This document shows, one piece after another, positions 20,900-30,535 of a stretch of 64,000 nucleotides of DNA (positions are counted from its first letter, which is position 1; every line of letters begins with the position of its first letter). The notes under the pieces were generated by a model, which worked only from the letters and a program-made list of their open reading frames with translations, made no database searches and was not told the DNA's origin. The DNA is from Candidatus Latescibacterota bacterium (lineage in GTDB: Bacteria; Latescibacterota; UBA2968). The translations under genes and the position numbers were made by a program. Location: NCBI GenBank assembly GCA_965116885.1, contig OZ220741.1:1792001-1856000 (forward strand). The letters are read 5' to 3'.

Positions 20900-22150
20900 A
20901 TGGAACTGACAGGAGAACAGCAGGCTGTTCTGGATGGGTCGCGGGGAGACTATCTGGCCAAGTGTATGCGCTGGCTGGTCGATTGGGGCAAGGTGATGGG
21001 GGCAAAACGGCTGGTTAAGGTGGATAATACACACGCTTTGCTGCCGGTGCCCAATTTGATGGCACAGGGGGCGTCCAAAGAGACGATGGACCGATATATG
21101 GCCGATCTCGTGGAGGCGTGTTCCCACGGGACACATCCCGGATGTACCTGTACGGTGCATGCGGCGTTTGTGACTCTGGACGATGTGGATGTGCCCGAGA
21201 ATGATCCCGAACAGGTGCAGATGCAGAAGGATCTGGCGGTTCTGGCTGCGGATGCGGGATTTATCCCCACTTTTACCTGTGCTCCGTATCTGGTGGGCAA
21301 TGTGCCGCTCAAGGACGAGGTTCTGGCGTGGACGGAGTCGTCTGCGGTGGTTTATGCCAATTCTATCCTGGGCGCGCGGACTACGCGGCACGGCACGGAG
21401 AGCGCGATTGCCGCCTCGCTTCTGGGTCTGGTTCCGGAGTTTGGCGTGTTGCTGGATGAGAACCGCAAGGGTACGCTTCGGATTGAGGTGACGGCGGAGT
21501 TGGAAGATCCACCGGATTGGGGTGCTCTGGGCTATTTTGCCGGGAAAGCAGCGGGTCTGGGTATTCCGGTGTTCAATGGCATACGACGGCCCTCTCAGGA
21601 TGAGGCCAAGCAACTGTGTGCGGCGCTGGCGACTTCGGGCGGAGTGACGATGTGTCATATCGCGGGTGTTACGCCAGAGGCGCCCACGATAGATGCGGCT
21701 TTTCAGGGGGATGTTCCAGAGGATTATCTGACGTTTGATGCAGCGACTTTGAAGGAAACGTATGAGTCTTTGCGGGTGCGCACGGGAGATGAAATCGATT
21801 CGGTAATTCTGGGCTGTCCGCATGCGTCTATTAATGAGTTGTCGAAAATTGCCGCTCTTTTGAAGGGGAAAAAGGTGGCGGAAGGCGTGCGCCTGTGGAT
21901 AGATACGGCGCGGGGTACCAAGGGGAATGCGGATAGGATGGGATATACGGAGATTATCGAGGCGGCTGGCGGGCGCATTCTCTGCGATACCTGTCCGACC
22001 AATATGCGGATTCCGGCGAAGCGCATTGTGACCCACGGTTTTAAGCAGGCGCACTATGCGCGGGGGATGGTGGGGGCGGAAGTGATTATTGCCAAGACGG
22101 AGGCCTGCATACGCGCGGCAGTTGCCGGGAGGTGGCTCGGAGATGGCTGA
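20900..22150 (+). CDS. Aconitase X catalytic subunit (DUF521)
   Basis: TCAPY, AWTESSAVVYANS, LGCPHAS, DTC motifs; RBS GAGGAG. Confidence 0.85.
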   Translation: MELTGEQQAVLDGSRGDYLAKCMRWLVDWGKVMGAKRLVKVDNTHALLPVPNLMAQGASKETMDRYMADLVEACSHGTHPGCTCTVHAAFVTLDDVDVPENDPEQVQMQKDLAVLAADAGFIPTFTCAPYLVGNVPLKDEVLAWTESSAVVYANSILGARTTRHGTESAIAASLLGLVPEFGVLLDENRKGTLRIEVTAELEDPPDWGALGYFAGKAAGLGIPVFNGIRRPSQDEAKQLCAALATSGGVTMCHIAGVTPEAPTIDAAFQGDVPEDYLTFDAATLKETYESLRVRTGDEIDSVILGCPHASINELSKIAALLKGKKVAEGVRLWIDTARGTKGNADRMGYTEIIEAAGGRILCDTCPTNMRIPAKRIVTHGFKQAHYARGMVGAEVIIAKTEACIRAAVAGRWLGDG

Positions 22151-22559
22151 GACTATTGATATCAGGGGACACGGTGTGGTTAAGGGATACGCGGCGGGCG
22201 AGGCGCTGGTGGCCGATACGACGCTGTCGTTCTGGGGCGAGGTGGATGCAATTACCGGAAAAGTGATCGGCGTGGGGCATCCTCTGGAGGGGATTTCTCT
22301 GGGGGGACGCGTGCTGGTTATCCGCTCGACCAAAGGTTCTTCGGGTACGCCTATGGTTTTAAATCTGGCACAGTTGGAGGGCAACGCGCCTGCGGCTTTT
22401 GTCAATGTGGAGGTGGATGGATTGGCCGCTCTTGGATGTATTGTCAATGAGATTCCGATGATGACAGAGTTGGAACGGGATCCGTTTGAGTTGATCGCTA
22501 CGGGCGACCATGTGGTGGTGGATGCCGATGAGGGCGTGCTGCGGGTGACGCGAAAGTGA
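22143..22559 (+). CDS. Aconitase X swivel subunit (DUF126)
   Basis: LSFWGEVD..TG, HPL.G, KGSS motifs; overlaps the DUF521 gene. Confidence 0.85.
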   Translation: MAETIDIRGHGVVKGYAAGEALVADTTLSFWGEVDAITGKVIGVGHPLEGISLGGRVLVIRSTKGSSGTPMVLNLAQLEGNAPAAFVNVEVDGLAALGCIVNEIPMMTELERDPFELIATGDHVVVDADEGVLRVTRK

Positions 22560-22664
22560 GGAGATAAATGGTATCTGGACATCCATCATGGCGTTCCCTG
22601 GTCGGAGGTCGTTGCGCGGGGCGACGGGTGATTGTGTTTCCACATCTGAATTTGGTTATACGCA

Positions 22665-23411
22665 ATGTCTTTGTCTTTTAGATCTCGCGTTCCCGTATTT
22701 GACGCCAATGTCGGGATCGGCAATCGCCACGACCGGCGCTCTCCAGTAGATTCACCCGGTCAGTTGCTCGAAGAGATGGGACGCCACGGGATTGATCGCG
22801 CGCTTGTCTATTCCGTTCAAGGCGAATGGATTAGTCCGATTCATGGGAATGATTCGCTCGCTGGGGTGACGGGGCAAAATGACGCGCTGGTTCCCCAGTT
22901 CGTCGCCGGGTGCGATTCCGGTTCGCTGAGGCAGTTGTGCGATTTCCACCGGGATGGCGTCGTTTCGAGCGTTCGGTTGCACAATACCGAGGAATGCAGG
23001 CTGCCATTTGTTTCGTGGCTCTATGGTGATTTGCTCGCATGGCTGAGTGCTGAGGGTATTCCCCTCTGGGTCTCGCTGGCGGATACGCCTCCGGCTGAGA
23101 TCGTCGATACGCTGGGTGGGTATCCGGATCTGACTGTTGTGCTGGTCGGCGCGCACTATACGCATTCGATGATGATCCGTCCGATGGTGCGGGTGTTGCC
23201 CAATGCGTTTCTCGAGCTCAGCCGTTATGAGAATATCTGCGGGATTGAGAAGCTGGTGCGGGAGTTTGGTGCGAGTCGTCTGCTGTACGGGTCGTTTTTC
23301 CCGCGGTATGCGATGGGTCCGATGCTGTTCGCGCTCCATCATCTGGAGATATCAGACGATGATCTCCGGTTGATTTGTGCGGCGAATCTGGAGCGGGTTC
23401 TCTATGATTGA
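22665..23411 (+). CDS. Amidohydrolase-like protein (degenerate metal motif DAN)
   Basis: VFDANVGIG, RLLYGS.FP, NLERVL. Confidence 0.7.
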   Translation: MSLSFRSRVPVFDANVGIGNRHDRRSPVDSPGQLLEEMGRHGIDRALVYSVQGEWISPIHGNDSLAGVTGQNDALVPQFVAGCDSGSLRQLCDFHRDGVVSSVRLHNTEECRLPFVSWLYGDLLAWLSAEGIPLWVSLADTPPAEIVDTLGGYPDLTVVLVGAHYTHSMMIRPMVRVLPNAFLELSRYENICGIEKLVREFGASRLLYGSFFPRYAMGPMLFALHHLEISDDDLRLICAANLERVLYD

Positions 23412-24153
23412 CGGTTGGGAAGTTATCGATTTTCACGGGCACGTCGGCCGATGGGATATTTTTGAGATGGGCGATGATGCCGACGAGATTCTCCACGCGA
23501 TGGATGCCGTGGGAATTGATCGCTGTTGTATGTTCAATATTTTTCATCCAGATGGCGCGACGGGTAATGATCAGACTGCGGCTTTTGTGGGTCGCTATCC
23601 GGAGAGGTTTATCGGTTTTGCCTATGTTTCTCCCCTGATGCCCGAGTTTATGGTGCCGGAGTTGGAACGGGCGATCGACGCGCTCGGATTTTTGGCGATT
23701 AAGATCTACCCGCCCTATTCCCGCTGGCTGTTGAACGATCCGGTGTGGGATCCGGTCTATCAGTTTGCGGATGACCGCGGTCTGGCGATTATTTCGCACA
23801 CGGGTGGGGAAGAGACGTGTTGGCCCGTTTATGTTGAGGATATTGCCGGGCGCTATCCGAATGCGAATTTTGTGATCGCGCATGCGGGCAATTCCGAGCC
23901 GTATAGAAGTCAGGCGATTCGGGCGGCGCAGCGGTTTTCAAATGTTTATGTCGAGACGTGTTCCACTTTCCGCGAGCCTGGTGTGATCGAAAGGCTGGTG
24001 GCAGAAGCGGGTGCCGATCGCGTACTTTTCGGTTCGGATGTTCCGCTTATGGATCCGCGAACGCAACTGGGGAAGATTATTACCGCGAGGATTGGCGATT
24101 GGGAAAAGCGCCTGGTGCTTGGTGAAAATGCGAGACGTTTGTTGAAATTGTGA
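23404..24153 (+). CDS. Amidohydrolase family protein
   Basis: IDFHGH, IAHAG, RVLFGSDVP, LGENARRL. Confidence 0.85.
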   Translation: MIDGWEVIDFHGHVGRWDIFEMGDDADEILHAMDAVGIDRCCMFNIFHPDGATGNDQTAAFVGRYPERFIGFAYVSPLMPEFMVPELERAIDALGFLAIKIYPPYSRWLLNDPVWDPVYQFADDRGLAIISHTGGEETCWPVYVEDIAGRYPNANFVIAHAGNSEPYRSQAIRAAQRFSNVYVETCSTFREPGVIERLVAEAGADRVLFGSDVPLMDPRTQLGKIITARIGDWEKRLVLGENARRLLKL

Positions 24154-24166
24154 TGGAGATTGTGCC

Positions 24167-25488
24167 ATGTCGCAAGAGACTATTGAAGTTAGATACCGCG
24201 AATTGACGCCGATGTCCCGTCAGATGTTTGAGGATGGTCGATCGGTAAATGCCGGCGCCGCCAAGGGCGCCTATTTTTTTGCGCCGTATCCGATCGCGCT
24301 GCGGCGGGGAAAGGGATGTGTGCTCGAAGATGTTGATGGCAGGTCCTATGTCGATTTCTCGAATCACCACACTGCGCAGGTTCTGGGGCATAACCATCCT
24401 GCGATAGTAGGAGCGGTGGAGAGGCAGTTGGTCGATGGTATCGCGCTTGGCGCTGCAACGGGGGTCGAGACCCGGTTGGCGCGGATGATGTGCGAGCGCA
24501 TATCTTCGGTTGAGCGCATCCGTTTTGCAGTTCCGGGACCGAGGCTACATTGCACGCTGTCCGGCTGGCGAGGTGTTTTAGCGGCAGGCCAAAGATCGCG
24601 AAGTTCGAGGGCGGTTACCACGGGAGTCACGATGCTGTGGAGATCAGCACTGCTCCGCCCCTGGAATCCGCGGGCGAAGCGTCTGCGCCCAATGCGGTTC
24701 CCAGTGCGGGGGGTATGGCGTTGCACGCGCTTGAGGATGTGATTGTTTTGCCTTATAACGACGAGGAGAGTGTCGAGCGGCTTTTGTCGCGCCACCGGGA
24801 TGAACTGGCGTGTGTAATTCTCGATCCAAAGGCGGGTATTATTCCGATCCGGCACGATTTTATCCAGCGGGTGCGCGCGATTACCGAGGAACTCGGCATT
24901 TTGCTGATTCTCGACGAGATTGTCGGTTTTCGTCAGGCGAAGGGTGGCTTGCAGAGTCATGTGGGGATCAAGCCCGATTTGACGTGTTTTGGCAAGATGA
25001 TCGGCGGTGGGTTTCCCGTCGGGGCTTTTGGCGGGCGAGCGGATGTTATGGATCTGGTGGATAATTCCAGCGGGTCTTCACCTGTTTTTCAGAGTGGTAC
25101 CCACAGCAGTCACGCGGTGGCGATGGCCGCGGGGATCGCTACGCTTGAATCTATGACGGACGAGGCTTACGCTCATCTGAATCGTCTGGGGAATCGGCTG
25201 AAGATCGGTCTGGAAGATTTGTTCGCCGAACGGGGTGTTATGGCACAGGTTGTTGTGACGGGGTCGGTGTTCGGTATTCACTTTGGTATTGACCGGTTGC
25301 GCGATTATCGCGATTTGACCCGGTCGGATAAGGCAATGGCACACGCTGTGTTTCTGTCTCTGCTCAATCAGGGCTATTTCTGCGGGCAGGGGCTGACGAT
25401 GTGTGCGATCAGTCTGCCGACGCAAGACGAGCACATCGATGGTTTGATTCTATCGGTTGGAAATGCCCTCAATGAGGTTGCTTCATAG
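24167..25488 (+). pseudogene. Class III aminotransferase (glutamate-1-semialdehyde aminomutase-like), frameshifted
   Basis: N-terminal ORF 24167 and C-terminal ORF 24550 join if one T is added in cgttttgcag (~24523-24526), restoring RFCSSGTEAT; FEGGYHG, LDEIVGFR, FGKMIGGG motifs. Confidence 0.8.
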
Positions 25489-25529
25489 GGCGGATTATAC
25501 GAGGTCAGACTCTGTAGAAGGAATTGAAT

Positions 25530-27443
25530 ATGTTATTCCGCATGCGTTTAGTACAAATCATACTCATCGCGCTGTTGACCCAACCGCTGTCTGCGGCACC
25601 TTCACCGGATTTTGACGAGAGTGGTGTGGTCGATTTTACCGACTTTTTGCTATTTGTCAGCGCGTTTGCGTCTCGGGAAGGTCAGGAGAGGTACGATGCA
25701 AAATACGATTTGAACGGCGATGGCGAGATTGGGTTTGGCGATTTTTTGCTCTTTGCCAGCGACTTTGGCAGGACAGCGGAATTTCTGCGGAATGCGAGGA
25801 CCTATCAGCAGTTTGTGAAGGACAAAGAGAATGGGAGAGAACCCATTTTACCCGATTTTTCTTATTCGGGGTATCACTATTTCAATAAGCCCGTGCCCGA
25901 TGTAGCGCACCCCATATTCGACGTTACGACGTATGGTGCGATTCCCAATGATGATGTGTCTGACCAGCCTGCTATTGTACGTGCTATTGCCGCAGCAGAG
26001 GAAAATGGCAGGGGGGTCGTGTTCTTTCCACCGGGTGAATTTCTCGTCAATACCGATACGGATAAAAACGATGAGGGCTACAACGAGCCTATCTATATCT
26101 ACAGTAGCAATATTGTTTTGCGAGGCAGCGGCAGCCGAGAGGGTGGGACTATTATCCGAATGGTCAATTACATGGTCCCCCCTCCCGATAGACCCGGTTA
26201 TGTGCCCAGTATGTTCAATTTCCAGCCTGTTAGCTTCAGCCGTTCTACCTTAGCGCGTATTACTGAGAGTGCGGAGCGAGAAACTTTTTGGATTACAGTG
26301 AATAATGCTTCCAGGCTCTCAGTCGGTCAGTGGATTTGGGTCTCTATGACTGTCAGGGATGCAGAAGGAATTAATGCGTTTATTGCCCCTCGTTCGCCAT
26401 CCGGCTTGTCAGAACTTTTCGACGTGGGGCTTGATATACGGGAAGAACACAGCATTGCCGAGATTCAAGGCAATCGGGTTCGCCTCAATGAACCTCTGCA
26501 TACCCGTGTGAATCAAGGGTCGGCGGTGCAGTCCTTGCCTCACCTTGCAGAAGTCGGTGTTGAGGACATCAGTTTTCACGGCTCGTTTTTTGAGTCATTT
26601 GTCCATCACCTGAATCTCATCCACAATGCGGGCTGGAAGCCGCTCTCATTCAATCGGTGTGTCAATTCCTGGGTTCGGCGCGTCTCTTTCATGCATGTCA
26701 GTGGCGCAATTGGTTTTACTGTCAGTGCTGCCTCATCGGTTTACCAGGTTACAATCGCGGGAAATAAGGGGCATACTGCTTTTAATAGTCAAGGTAGTTA
26801 CGGGATATGGTTTGGTCTGTCAGAAGATATTGCGGGTCAGGCGCCTTATAGCACAGCCCCTCTCATCGATGCTCAGAGGAACACCCGTGCGATTCCAGGA
26901 CAGCATCATGGCACGGGTATGAGTCATGTCTCAACGGGCAATGTAATTTACCGCTATGATATGTCTCCAGACCAGCCACTCGATATCCATAAGACGGATC
27001 CCAGCTACGCAAATTTGTACGATTGTGTGAATAATGGCAGGCTTTCTGGTAGCAGTGGTGGCGGGGTCGAGCCACATCATCTCAGGCGTCTCGTGTTCTG
27101 GAATTACAACCACGGGGGCGATGTTACTCACTATGATTTTTGGGCGGGGTATCTCAAATTTTTGTTTCCGATTATTGTGGGCTTTCACGGCAATCCCGCG
27201 ACCTTTAATGAGAGTGATCTCGAGGTTTTGGAATCCAATGGCGAGGCGGTTGCTCCGGAATCGCTTTTTGACGCCCAACTCGAATTGCGTTTGGGCGCTT
27301 TGCCGGTCTGGGTAAAAGATCTACGCACGGAGTGGGAAACGATTCGCAGTATTCCACTTGCAATCTCAAGAGGTAAGCCTTCTGGAATAGGACTTACTGT
27401 GAATTCAAAAGCGTACAACCCAAATTTTTATAGCTGTTATTAG
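25530..27443 (+). CDS. Secreted protein: signal peptide + EF-hand/dockerin-like module + DUF4955/pectate-lyase-like beta-helix
   Basis: DFDESGVVDFTDFLLF, DLNGDGEIGFGDF; LPDFSYSGY, YGAIPNDD, FFPPGEF, PESLFDAQLELRL. Confidence 0.75.
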   Translation: MLFRMRLVQIILIALLTQPLSAAPSPDFDESGVVDFTDFLLFVSAFASREGQERYDAKYDLNGDGEIGFGDFLLFASDFGRTAEFLRNARTYQQFVKDKENGREPILPDFSYSGYHYFNKPVPDVAHPIFDVTTYGAIPNDDVSDQPAIVRAIAAAEENGRGVVFFPPGEFLVNTDTDKNDEGYNEPIYIYSSNIVLRGSGSREGGTIIRMVNYMVPPPDRPGYVPSMFNFQPVSFSRSTLARITESAERETFWITVNNASRLSVGQWIWVSMTVRDAEGINAFIAPRSPSGLSELFDVGLDIREEHSIAEIQGNRVRLNEPLHTRVNQGSAVQSLPHLAEVGVEDISFHGSFFESFVHHLNLIHNAGWKPLSFNRCVNSWVRRVSFMHVSGAIGFTVSAASSVYQVTIAGNKGHTAFNSQGSYGIWFGLSEDIAGQAPYSTAPLIDAQRNTRAIPGQHHGTGMSHVSTGNVIYRYDMSPDQPLDIHKTDPSYANLYDCVNNGRLSGSSGGGVEPHHLRRLVFWNYNHGGDVTHYDFWAGYLKFLFPIIVGFHGNPATFNESDLEVLESNGEAVAPESLFDAQLELRLGALPVWVKDLRTEWETIRSIPLAISRGKPSGIGLTVNSKAYNPNFYSCY

Positions 27444-27455
27444 GATGAGTTTAAT

Positions 27456-29699
27456 ATGCTACTTCGAATGCGTGTAACACAAATGTTTACGATTATACTC
27501 ATTGCGCTGTTGATTCAATCGCTGTCTGCGGTGCCTTCGCCCGACTTTGATGAGAATGGTGTGGTCGATTTTCCCGACTTTTTGCTGTTTGTAGGTGCAT
27601 TTGGGTCTCAGGAAGGTCAAAAGATGTATGAGGCAAGATACGATCTGAATAGCGATGGTGCGATTGGATTTGACGATTTTCTGGTTTTTGCCAGTAGCTT
27701 TGGCAAAAGAACCACCGGGTCCGTCAGTGATCTTCAAGGCGAATCGCGCTTTGGGGTTTCGACGCTTGCCAAAACAGGCGAGTCCATTGGCGTCATTCTT
27801 CTCAAAGGGAATCTTGCAGCCGTTCACCATTACGTTTTGGAACCCACACAAGAAGATCACCAACAAAAAGCAGCCACTTTTGCTATTGATGAAAAAACAG
27901 GAGAAGTGCGATTGAAAATCGAACCTGCGGAGTGGGAAAACGAGACTTATCTTCTCGATGTAGAATTGCTGTCGCAACAGAGGGAAAGAATAGCTACAAC
28001 GACTGTGTCAATTTACAAAAAACAGACCGTTACGGTTTCTCCCACCACCGAGGATATCGCCAGCGTCATAGAGGATGTATCGGGTCCAGCGACCATCGCT
28101 TTTTCAGATGGTACTTACATGGATTTAGGGCGCATTGCGTTTTCAAAAACAGGCGTCAGCCGGTACGACACCTTTGAAATGCGAGCGATAAATCCCGGTG
28201 AAGTCACGATTACGGGGAACACTGTTTTTGATATCTCAGGCGATCACAATGTGTTTCATGGATTTATCTTTCGCGATGTCAGTTCAAATACCAGAATAGG
28301 CAGAGCGCAGTTTAAAACGCCGCTTACCCTCAGAGGGGATCACAATCGCATCACAGAGTGTGTTTTTTACCCTCGCAGGCCAGACGAGAGGGGAAGCCTC
28401 CTCAGTACCTCCCTCAAAGCAGGTATTGACAAAGTCGCTCGGTTCACTCGCATTGACCATTGTGCCTTCATTGAGAAGGCTTATCTCACACTCGACAATA
28501 CTCATGTCGGCACCGGCGATGGCGACGGAGGGCTAGAACGGGGGCAAGGAACAAACAATCCCATCAGCGTGCGGGTTGATCACAGCTTTTTTCAAAATAT
28601 AGAGAATAGCTTTTTGAGACTCGGCCGCATTGGTAATCGGGATTCTGAGAGTATCTTTGATGCAAATCTAATTGCTGGCAACCGAGAAGGTGATGAAGAA
28701 CACTTTGTCGGAAAAATGGGAGGTTTTCTTTGGCTCAACAACACGGTGGAAGACTGTAACAAATATCTCAGTCTGCGAGGGGGAGGCTATACTTATATTG
28801 TTCACAGCTATTTTTTACAACGAGCGGCGATGTCCATCATCGGGTGGGATAGGAACCACATCATAGTCGGCAACTATTTTCGCGTCAACGGAAGAAATAC
28901 ACCTGGGGGCAATCGAAATACCATCGCTATAATTCGAATGGGTGAAGGCGCAGCAGGTCCGCATGGAGGGCACAGTGCCACTACCGATTGGTGTGTTGCT
29001 TACAACACGTTTGATGCACCAGCCGATGTGCCTTTTGTAAACTTTATGGGGAAATATTCTCGAAGGGCCTTTGTCGCACAAAGACTCAGCCAGTCACAAC
29101 AGGCAGTCGAACAAGGTACGTACACTCACACCACGCCCCCGGAAGAGCGATTCAGGTTCACACATCCCATTAATAATACCTTCATAGGCAATCTCTTTTA
29201 CCACCGCGAAGCTGCCACCTCCAACCCCCCAAAAACCTTTTCACTCATTCACTATGGCGTCTGGGCACAAAACGCGTTTATCTCCAATCTCATCTCAAGT
29301 CCCGTGACAGAAATTTATGAACACGATACCTCCAACGGCAAAGAAGAAAACGCAAGACAAATAACTCAAAACCTGAAAGGGCTTACCTTTATCTCAAGAG
29401 GAACCGTCAGCCGAGACCAAAACAACTTACTTATTACACCTATAGAGATACCTCAAATCTTTCGCGTTCCAAACTACGAGATGCTTCCCATTGATCTCTA
29501 TGGGGTTATCCACAAGCAAAAAGATAAATTTATCGATAAAGGACATCCTCTTTACAAGCTCATGGATCTCAGGGACCTGGGAGATAAGTTAGATCTGAAT
29601 CGTCCTCTAACCACACGGGATGTGGGCCCGAGTTGGGATTGGCAGCCGCTTTACAATGCGTTACATGGGGCAAATCCCTACCAGGACAACTATTGGTAA
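27456..29699 (+). CDS. Secreted protein: same EF-hand module + cadherin-like segment + PL6 (chondroitinase B/alginate lyase-like) beta-helix
   Basis: FAIDEKTGEV (cadherin-like); DGTY, PGEVTITG, HNRITEC, RIDHC, LSLRGG motifs. Confidence 0.6.
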   Translation: MLLRMRVTQMFTIILIALLIQSLSAVPSPDFDENGVVDFPDFLLFVGAFGSQEGQKMYEARYDLNSDGAIGFDDFLVFASSFGKRTTGSVSDLQGESRFGVSTLAKTGESIGVILLKGNLAAVHHYVLEPTQEDHQQKAATFAIDEKTGEVRLKIEPAEWENETYLLDVELLSQQRERIATTTVSIYKKQTVTVSPTTEDIASVIEDVSGPATIAFSDGTYMDLGRIAFSKTGVSRYDTFEMRAINPGEVTITGNTVFDISGDHNVFHGFIFRDVSSNTRIGRAQFKTPLTLRGDHNRITECVFYPRRPDERGSLLSTSLKAGIDKVARFTRIDHCAFIEKAYLTLDNTHVGTGDGDGGLERGQGTNNPISVRVDHSFFQNIENSFLRLGRIGNRDSESIFDANLIAGNREGDEEHFVGKMGGFLWLNNTVEDCNKYLSLRGGGYTYIVHSYFLQRAAMSIIGWDRNHIIVGNYFRVNGRNTPGGNRNTIAIIRMGEGAAGPHGGHSATTDWCVAYNTFDAPADVPFVNFMGKYSRRAFVAQRLSQSQQAVEQGTYTHTTPPEERFRFTHPINNTFIGNLFYHREAATSNPPKTFSLIHYGVWAQNAFISNLISSPVTEIYEHDTSNGKEENARQITQNLKGLTFISRGTVSRDQNNLLITPIEIPQIFRVPNYEMLPIDLYGVIHKQKDKFIDKGHPLYKLMDLRDLGDKLDLNRPLTTRDVGPSWDWQPLYNALHGANPYQDNYW

Positions 29700-29778
29700 A
29701 ACTCCTTGATCTTTTCACTATAGGGCTTTGAAAAGTGCCTTATATTTTGTGTATAGGTGAAGACCTTTACGGTTTATT

Positions 29779-29960
29779 GCCCTGGTGGGAGGTGGCCGCT
29801 AATAACGGTCGCCGCCCTGAAAAGGGGCCCGCCAGGGCTCTTTTTTCCTGAAGTCTTGACACCAAAGAGTATCTGAGATATATTGAGATTGATAAAATAA
29901 AGGCCAAAGATTACGCCTTTGGCCAGCCCAGCCGCTAATAACGGTTGGATGGGCCTTTTC
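29779..29960 (+). ncRNA. Two candidate structured RNA units sharing GCCGCTAATAACGGT
   Basis: GC-rich stems followed by T-rich tracts; TTGACA(29856)-17 bp-TATATT promoter lies between the units. Confidence 0.4.
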
Positions 29961-30045
29961 TACTATTCTAATGGAAAGGGGCTGTTCAACCGTGTTTTTT
30001 TTGGCCCGACACCCCCTCTCCGCTGCAGTGACAGGAGGTGTCGGT

Positions 30046-30483
30046 TTGAGCAAGTCCTACAACAAATCCCAAACCAGGCTTTCCCGCAGAACGAAATTCA
30101 ATCCTGATTTCTGGGAAGTTCGGGTTGACCAGAACATCCTTGACCAGTTCTCTCTTGAACAGAATCCGCACTACGAGACAGAGGAAGATGTCCAGGCACG
30201 ATTTCGTCAGCGTGAGTGGACATCCCGATTAATACCGCTGGTTCTCAAGCTGATGGATGAGGTTCTTACCCCCAGACAAAGGGAAATAGTACACCTTTAC
30301 TTTTTCAGGAAAATGACCGAACACGAAATTTCCCAACAACTCGGCATCTCAGTTCCCAGCGTGAGCCAACATCTGTTTGGTAAGTCGCGCGGTGGAAAGA
30401 CGGTTGGAGGCGCGATTCCCAAACTGCGCAAGAAACTGGCCCAGATGCATATTGGAGAATTTGAAATTCCTGATTGCCAGTAG
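30046..30483 (+). CDS. Sigma-70 region-4-like HTH protein
   Basis: LTPRQREIVHLYFF..MT..EISQQLGIS..SVSQH; TTG start after GGAGGT. Confidence 0.7.
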   Translation: MSKSYNKSQTRLSRRTKFNPDFWEVRVDQNILDQFSLEQNPHYETEEDVQARFRQREWTSRLIPLVLKLMDEVLTPRQREIVHLYFFRKMTEHEISQQLGISVPSVSQHLFGKSRGGKTVGGAIPKLRKKLAQMHIGEFEIPDCQ

Positions 30484-30535
30484 ATTCTGCAAGTACACTT
30501 TGAAAAGCCCTTAGATGGGTGCAGAGCTTGGGTCT

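Noticed and set aside
19144..22582. Long minus-strand ORFs (514 aa and 579 aa)
   Set aside because: Antisense shadows of well-supported plus-strand genes; no recognisable motifs
22568..22650. Small ORF or gene fragment between DUF126 and the amidohydrolase
   Set aside because: Under 30 codons with no recognisable motif
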